DNA from: Chiloscyllium plagiosum | Taxonomy: Eukaryota | Direction: 5' to 3' | Length of the DNA stretch: 59,507 nt | NCBI RefSeq assembly: GCF_004010195.1 | Contig: NW_025215381.1 | Coordinates: 472,053-531,559 of the forward strand | In this document: positions 53,590-59,507 of the stretch, in pieces | Layout of the letters: each line of letters begins with the position of its first letter | How positions within the stretch are numbered: the first letter of the stretch is position 1 | Made by a program: the position numbers and the translations under genes | Notes under the pieces: model-generated | What the model saw: only the letters and a program-made list of their open reading frames with translations | Database searches by the model: none | Told to the model about the DNA's origin: nothing

Positions 53590-54215
53590 GAGGTCCAAAC
53601 AGACTTGGGGACCCAGGTATATGGGTCATTAAAAGTTCAGAAAATGATCAAAAAATGCTAACAGAATCCAGGTCTTTATAACTAAAGGAACATAATTTAA
53701 TGGACAGAGCATTAGAGAGTAATTCATGCTTCAATTATTACTTACCTGGCTGGAGTTACAGTGAACAATTAGGGATGATACATTGACCCTGGAGGCAGTG
53801 TTGCACAGATTTAACATAAGGATACCTGCCTTCAGGGGTTACATTTAAGAATTTATAAGGCTTAAGGAGTAAATGAATTTACTATACATTTTAAAGATAT
53901 TATGTGAAACAGATAAGCTAGATTGCAAGAGACCACCGCCACTGGTCAGTGTGTCTCGGACGAGGAGAGATAGCTTAGGACAGTCCTTTCGGCAATGACA
54001 TTAGGAAACATTTCTACACGTGAAAGTTGGTGGAGATTTGTAATTTTCTTCTGCAAACAACCGATGCTCACTCAAGTTTAATTTTAAAATGACAGGTTAA
54101 TGGTCATGAAGGATATGGTAGAATGGTAGGTCTGTTGGGCTAGGTCACAGATCAGCTACAATCTCCGTGAATGAAGAATCTGACCCAAGGGTTGAAATAA
54201 TCTACTCCTGTTACT
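53590..54215 (+). mobile_element. Old CR1 3' fragment
   Basis: Weak similarity to the CR1 ORF2 end and 3' UTR; 18-bp direct repeat tggggacccaggtatatg near its 5' edge. Confidence 0.55.
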
Positions 54216-54244
54216 CCAACAACATTGCAGTTGATAACAAGCAG

Positions 54245-54659
54245 NNNNNNNNNNNNNNNNNNNNNNNNNNNNNNNNNNNNNNNNNNNNNNNNNNNNNNNN
54301 NNNNNNNNNNNNNNNNNNNNNNNNNNNNNNNNNNNNNNNNNNNNNNNNNNNNNNNNNNNNNNNNNNNNNNNNNNNNNNNNNNNNNNNNNNNNNNNNNNNN
54401 NNNNNNNNNNNNNNNNNNNNNNNNNNNNNNNNNNNNNNNNNNNNNNNNNNNNNNNNNNNNNNNNNNNNNNNNNNNNNNNNNNNNNNNNNNNNNNNNNNNN
54501 NNNNNNNNNNNNNNNNNNNNNNNNNNNNNNNNNNNNNNNNNNNNNNNNNNNNNNNNNNNNNNNNNNNNNNNNNNNNNNNNNNNNNNNNNNNNNNNNNNNN
54601 NNNNNNNNNNNNNNNNNNNNNNNNNNNNNNNNNNNNNNNNNNNNNNNNNNNNNNNNNNN
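54245..54659. other. Assembly gap
   Basis: Run of N. Confidence 1.
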
Positions 54660-54856
54660 GGAGGCCACATCGGGTGCAGAGGATGCAATAGATGATGTGT
54701 GTGGAGGTGCAGGTGAACTTTCCTCATTCCTGAAGAAGGGCTTATGCCCGAAACGTCGATTCTCCTGTTCCCTGGATGCTGCCTGACCTGCTGCGCTTTT
54801 CCAGCAACACATTTCCAGCTCTGGTCACCAGCATCTGCAGACCTCACTTTCTCCTC
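54660..54856. mobile_element. Penelope-like element end: GIY-YIG remnant (-) + inverted terminal repeat (+)
   Basis: Minus strand FTCTSTHIIYCILCTRCGL; plus-strand repeat of the 7102/43623 family; abuts an assembly gap. Confidence 0.85.
54726..54761 (+). ncRNA. Minimal hammerhead ribozyme motif
   Basis: attc-CTGAAGA-a-GGGC-ttat-GCCC-GAAAC-GTC-gatt. Confidence 0.78.
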
Positions 54857-55024
54857 TATCTCAGAGCAGGACGAGGTGAAACAGAACTGCACTTTGCACA
54901 GAAATAGGTAATTCAGCCCATTTCTGACCCACATAAATATTGTTCCATTCTATCTGCATTTTCTTCCACTACTTCTTCTCAAACTGTCCCCACAATGAGT
55001 CCAAGCTATTCACTAATCATATCT

Positions 55025-55575
55025 TACACAAGATGGCAGCAGCTACAGGATAGGCAGCATTCTGGCTCCTGAACCCCTCCGCTCCCCAGCACCAGGCCAG
55101 CAGTATTTTTCTTTCTCCTTTTTTCTTTCTTTCTTTTCTCTTCCACCTTTTTCTTCTTTCTACCAGCATTAGCAGGACCAGGCAGCCAGCAGCGAGGAGC
55201 AAACAGTCTGCCACAGTAGCAAGAACAGGCTGCAGGGTGTAGAGAGCGCCAGCAGCCAGGAGGGGGTTGGAACGGAGTGATGTGGAGGCAAGGTCGAACG
55301 CAAAGCATGGGAGGGGAAGCCCTTGTGAGATGTGCAGGTCCAGCATAGCAAGGCACTTATGAACTACAATGTTGGAGTGTTAAATGCGCATCTTTGTTTT
55401 TTTCTACTTTTTAGTAAGGACTGTACAGAACTTTTTAAATTTTTATTTCCTTATTTTTCTGCTTTGCAACTAAGATTCTGTGCCTTTGTACCTAAGATGG
55501 CACTACAAGTGGCGAGTTGCAACTTTTTCACTGTACGCGTGAGCACGTGACAATAAATTTAATTCAATTCAATTA
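55025..55575 (+). mobile_element. Unclassified non-autonomous retroposon
   Basis: Begins caagatggcag, GC-richer body, ends gtgacaataaa plus an (aattc)n tail; no credible ORF. Confidence 0.5.
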
Positions 55576-56425
55576 AATATTGTGAACTAATGAGGCCGAC
55601 ATTCTAACCTGCCATCAGGTCAGATGTTTTCCCTCAGTTCTAGGTAATATTTATTGTCCAAGGTTGAGTAATGGTGACGACAAAACTATAACTGATTGTC
55701 CTAAACACCCTATAAGGAAGGAAATCTGCTATCCCTTACTGGGTCTGGCCTACACATGATTCCAAACTCAAAGCAATGGAATTGACTCTTAAGTACCCTC
55801 TGAAATGGCCAAGTAAGCCACTTTGCTAAAAGTCAATTAGGAATGGGCAATAACTGTTAGCTTTGCCAGTGACACCCACATCCCACGAAAGCACTAAAAA
55901 ACATCACAGGCAAAGTGAGAGAGTAAAATATGAGCTGGACAGATGCACAACGGTGCAATGACACTTGCATCAATCATACCCACAGTCATTATGATAGCAA
56001 TGAGCTCAGAATCTCTGTATTCTCAGGTTGTGGGATACTGCTGACTAACCCAAAGTTTATTGTTTATCCTTAACTGCCCTGAGATTGCGAGTTTTAGGCA
56101 GTGAAGAAATGCGCAATGCTGTGTGTCTGGAGTCATTTATCGGAGGACAGGAAAAGAGAATGAGCGAACCAGATAAACTATTTTATGAGTTGATCACAGT
56201 GACCACTATCGGTTTTTTGTTCAACATTATTAACTGAGTGTACATTCTACCAGAGATTGGCCTCTTCATCTTTTGTCTGGATCCAGTGACATAATCACTG
56301 TGCTGCTGCTTCAGCATAATAAGGATAACAAAAATACTAACCCACTAGAGTTTACACAATCGTGCTGTTACGTCAGATTGAGTTATGGGACCATCTGAAA
56401 ATTATCCCAAATTATTTTCACACTA

Positions 56426-56584
<159 letters not shown>

Positions 56585-57358
56585 TCAAACATAAGCAAAC
56601 TTCATGCATTATACATTTTAAGAAAAAAACTGAAAGCATTCCAATTTTTTTTTATTTTCTGATTTTTTTAATACCCTGGAGATTACAATTTACTGCATTA
56701 ATGCTTCACAGTGAATTTATCACCTGAATATAAACAATACGCCACTTCCTAAAAGTGGAGTTTCACGTTTCTGATTGAGAACCCTCTGGCAGCCTGAACA
56801 GCCACAGACATCACGCAGGTCAGGCTTCAAAGAGAAACTGATGATTTAGTAAAATACTATGCTTGTTCCACCAGTGACTACACAAAAATTATAATCCGTA
56901 AATATTGGCAATTCAGTGAAGGATCAACTTCCAGCGCACTGCGCAGCAGTACTAGGATACCTCAATTTGCACAAGCTGAGAAAGCATCATCATCAGAACA
57001 AATGCACTGTTCAAATGAAAACAGAGCATTTTTTTTAAAACTGCTTCAATTTCCAGCTGCTGACAATCACCTTCTGTTGTGCAAGATTTGACTCAAGGTA
57101 GTGAAGCTTTTACTCCATTTTTCATTCTCTTCAGGCCCTTTGAGGCCGTTTTGTCCAAATATAGACAAAAGACTAATTGCAGAGGTGAGGTGAGTGTGTC
57201 AGGCCTTGAGGTAATGACAACATTGACAAAGGCATGAGCATGGAGGAACAGACTCTCAGCAAGTGTTGCTATGTAGCACTGTTAACAACACCATGTTGAT
57301 GGCAGAGCAGTCTGATGGAGTCATACCTGTACTTGGATTGGATTTGTCCTGCTTTGTT

Positions 57359-57445
57359 GGAATCATAGAATCCCTACAGTGTGGAAACAGGCCTTTCGGC
57401 CAAAAAGTCCACACTGACCCTCCGAGGAGTAACCCACCTCGTCCA
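57359..57445 (-). mobile_element. V-SINE/CR1-type tail fragment
   Basis: aatcatagaatccctacagtgtggaaacaggcc...gagtaaccc matches 48745-48810. Confidence 0.7.
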
Positions 57446-57559
57446 AATTTTCCACACCGTCAAATGTAAATCCATAATACGGACATCTTCGAACAGCTTA
57501 AGTCCAATAAGACTTCATAATAACACATCCAAAATATTTTCAGGCCTTTAGTGTATCCA

Positions 57560-57657
57560 GTATGTATAGCACTGAAGATGCCACCCAGTTAGGAGACGAA
57601 ATGTTTGCAAACAAAAACTCCTCGGCAAACTGACCAACAATTTAAACTACAACCTGA
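57560..57657 (+). mobile_element. Penelope terminal-repeat remnant with a degenerate hammerhead
   Basis: gca-CTGAAGA-t-gccacc-cagtta-ggagac-GAAAT-GTT-tgc at 57569-57608; ends caacctgag like 6851-6859. Confidence 0.68.
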
Positions 57658-59285
57658 GGGGGATCCAAGATGGCGGCGACCCAACAAGTCTGAGTCTACA
57701 GTGCTCCTCCCAAGACTTGGGCAAAGTGGGTCACCCACCCCACCACACTCACCAAATCATTTAAAATAGCTGTTTAATTTAATTAGTTGCTTAGTATTAA
57801 ATTTAAACAATCTAATCTTCAGTAAAAATGACTAAAGGGAAGGGAGCCCGCAGCTCTCAGCAAGCAGGAACCCCTCCCCGACCCTCTCCAGCTGCAGCAG
57901 AGGCGTCCACAGCCGCCCCAGGGGACTTACCGACAATGGCGAGCCTCATGGAAATCATCTCCAAACTGGATGCGAAGATCGATGCTTTTATTGAAGAGTC
58001 CTGAAGCCGATGGGACTCACTCTAGGCCGTGCTGCAAAAGCACGACCAAGACATTAAGGAAATCGAGTGCCGAGTCGGAGGGGCGGAGCTAAAGGCCGCG
58101 ACCTCAGAAACTACAGCGCAATCGGGGTCGTCGAAAAAATATTCGTTTGCTAGGCCTTCCCGAACGGGAAGAGGAAGGCCAGCTTACAGGGTTCCTCGAA
58201 CGGTGGCTACCACAACTTTTATATCTGGAGGCTGGATCAGGCCAGGTAAGGGTGGAATGGGCCTACTGGGTTGTAATACACGGGCTCGGCTGGAACCAGC
58301 GCCCACGCCCGGTCCTGTTCCGGCTGCAGAGCTATAAGGATAGGCAGATATTCCTAGAAGCCTCTAGAAATCTTGGAAAAGATTCCCAAGCCATGATCTA
58401 TAAAGGATCCAAGATCATGTTATTCCAGGACTTTTCCCCAGCTCTGGTCCGAAAGAGGAAGGCATTCGATGAGGCGAAGAAGTGTTTAAGGGACTTAAAT
58501 ATTCAGTACTCCTTAGACTACCCAGCGACGCTACGCTTTAACCATGAAGGATCCGTGTATAACTTCAGATTGCCGGAAAAGGCTAAGGAATTTTGGACTC
58601 TCAGATAAATTGTAAGAGATAATGAATGTTGGTTTGCCTTCTCCCCACTCCGGTTTACACCCCCCACTTTTCTTTTTTTTACCTTACTGTTTAATATTAT
58701 CTTCGGGGGTGGGGAGAGGGATTTATTTATTTGTTCTCGACTTAAAGATTTTCTCTCCCCCCCCATATATATCTATATTATATATATAATAAGCCGGAGG
58801 GTCTAGTTAATGTTGGTAGGGGGAGGTGGTTACCTTATTCTTTTTTACCTCTGTCTCTAGGAGCGGGGTTGTTTTCCCTTGTTATTTTGTATTATTATAT
58901 TATTACTTGTTGAGGTTATAATTTTATAGTTATATATGTTTATACATGGTATTGACATTACCAAATATATCCAGGTGGGTGGGGGGGGGTAGGGTGCTCA
59001 CTGTTAACTCGAGCTATGTAGTATATTTGAGTTCTCCTCATCCTATTGAGGAGCACCTGGGTCAAGGATGGGGCACTGGTTGGGAGAGGATACGATGGAC
59101 CTTTGGAAAGGAAGTGATAACCCCTGTGAACAAGGGGGAAAATCTCCATTTAAACACGTTTTTTTTTTATTATTTAGAAATAGTTTTTTATTATACTGTT
59201 GTGAGTGTATTATTTTGAGCCTTTATTTTTGTGAATTTTATATGCTCTATGCTCAGGATGTTCTGGATAAGGTTTCCACTCCCGA
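57658..59285 (+). mobile_element. L1-clade LINE 5' part: 5' UTR, decayed ORF1, inter-ORF spacer
   Basis: Starts GGGGGATCCAAGATGGCGGC; ORF1 from ATG 57828 with stops (TGA 58002) and a frameshift, then RRKNIRLLGLPE...RPRPVLFRL...IMLFQDFS...YPATLR to 58608. Confidence 0.9.
57666..57677 (+). promoter_or_regulatory. YY1 consensus site at the L1 5' end
   Basis: CAAGATGGCGGC, 8 nt from the element start. Confidence 0.75.
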
Positions 59286-59507
59286 GGGTTCTGGGTCCTC
59301 TGCTGTTTGTAATTTTTATTAATGACTTGGATGAGGGAGTCGAAGGGTGGGTCAGTAAATTTGCAGATGATACGAAGATTGGTGGAGTTGTGGATAGTGA
59401 GGAGGGCTGTTGTCGGCTGCAAAGGGACTTAGATATGATGCAGAGCTGGGCTGAGGAGTGGCAGATGGAGTTCAACCCTGCCAAGTGTGAGGTTGCCCAT
59501 TTTGGAA
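59286..59507 (+). mobile_element. CR1 RT fragment inserted in the L1, running off the window
   Basis: VLGPLLFVIFINDLDEGVEGWVSKFADDTKIGG...WQMEFNPAKCEV. Confidence 0.93.

Overview
Vertebrate genomic DNA, most likely a shark (inferred from the CR1, V-SINE/HE1-like, Deu-SINE-like and Penelope repeat content). The whole window lies inside one minus-strand gene of the MAP4K4/TNIK/MINK1 kinase family, best matching MINK1. Twelve internal coding exons were mapped (about exons 4-15 by homology; all AG/GT bounded and phase-compatible), covering most of the kinase domain and the coiled-coil/polyQ region; both gene ends lie outside the window. The introns are full of decayed CR1 LINEs, SINEs, a 5' L1 fragment and solo-LTR-like repeats. 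Main observations: (1) a 3.07-kb ERV-like LTR element (36496-39567) with a tRNA-Ser-like PBS, a PPT and no recognisable gag/pol. It carries a spliced RBPMS/RBPMS2 mRNA fragment in frame with an env-like hydrophobic tail, and an array of T-arm-like hairpins in its leader. (2) About ten minimal hammerhead-ribozyme motifs in Penelope-like terminal repeats, several within short fold-back insertions with 13-16 bp target-site duplications. (3) A GCAUG (Rbfox) cluster and candidate poison microexons downstream of an 87-nt cassette exon. (4) A four-level nested insertion. Family assignments come from recalled sequence motifs, not database searches. Boundaries of old repeats are approximate.
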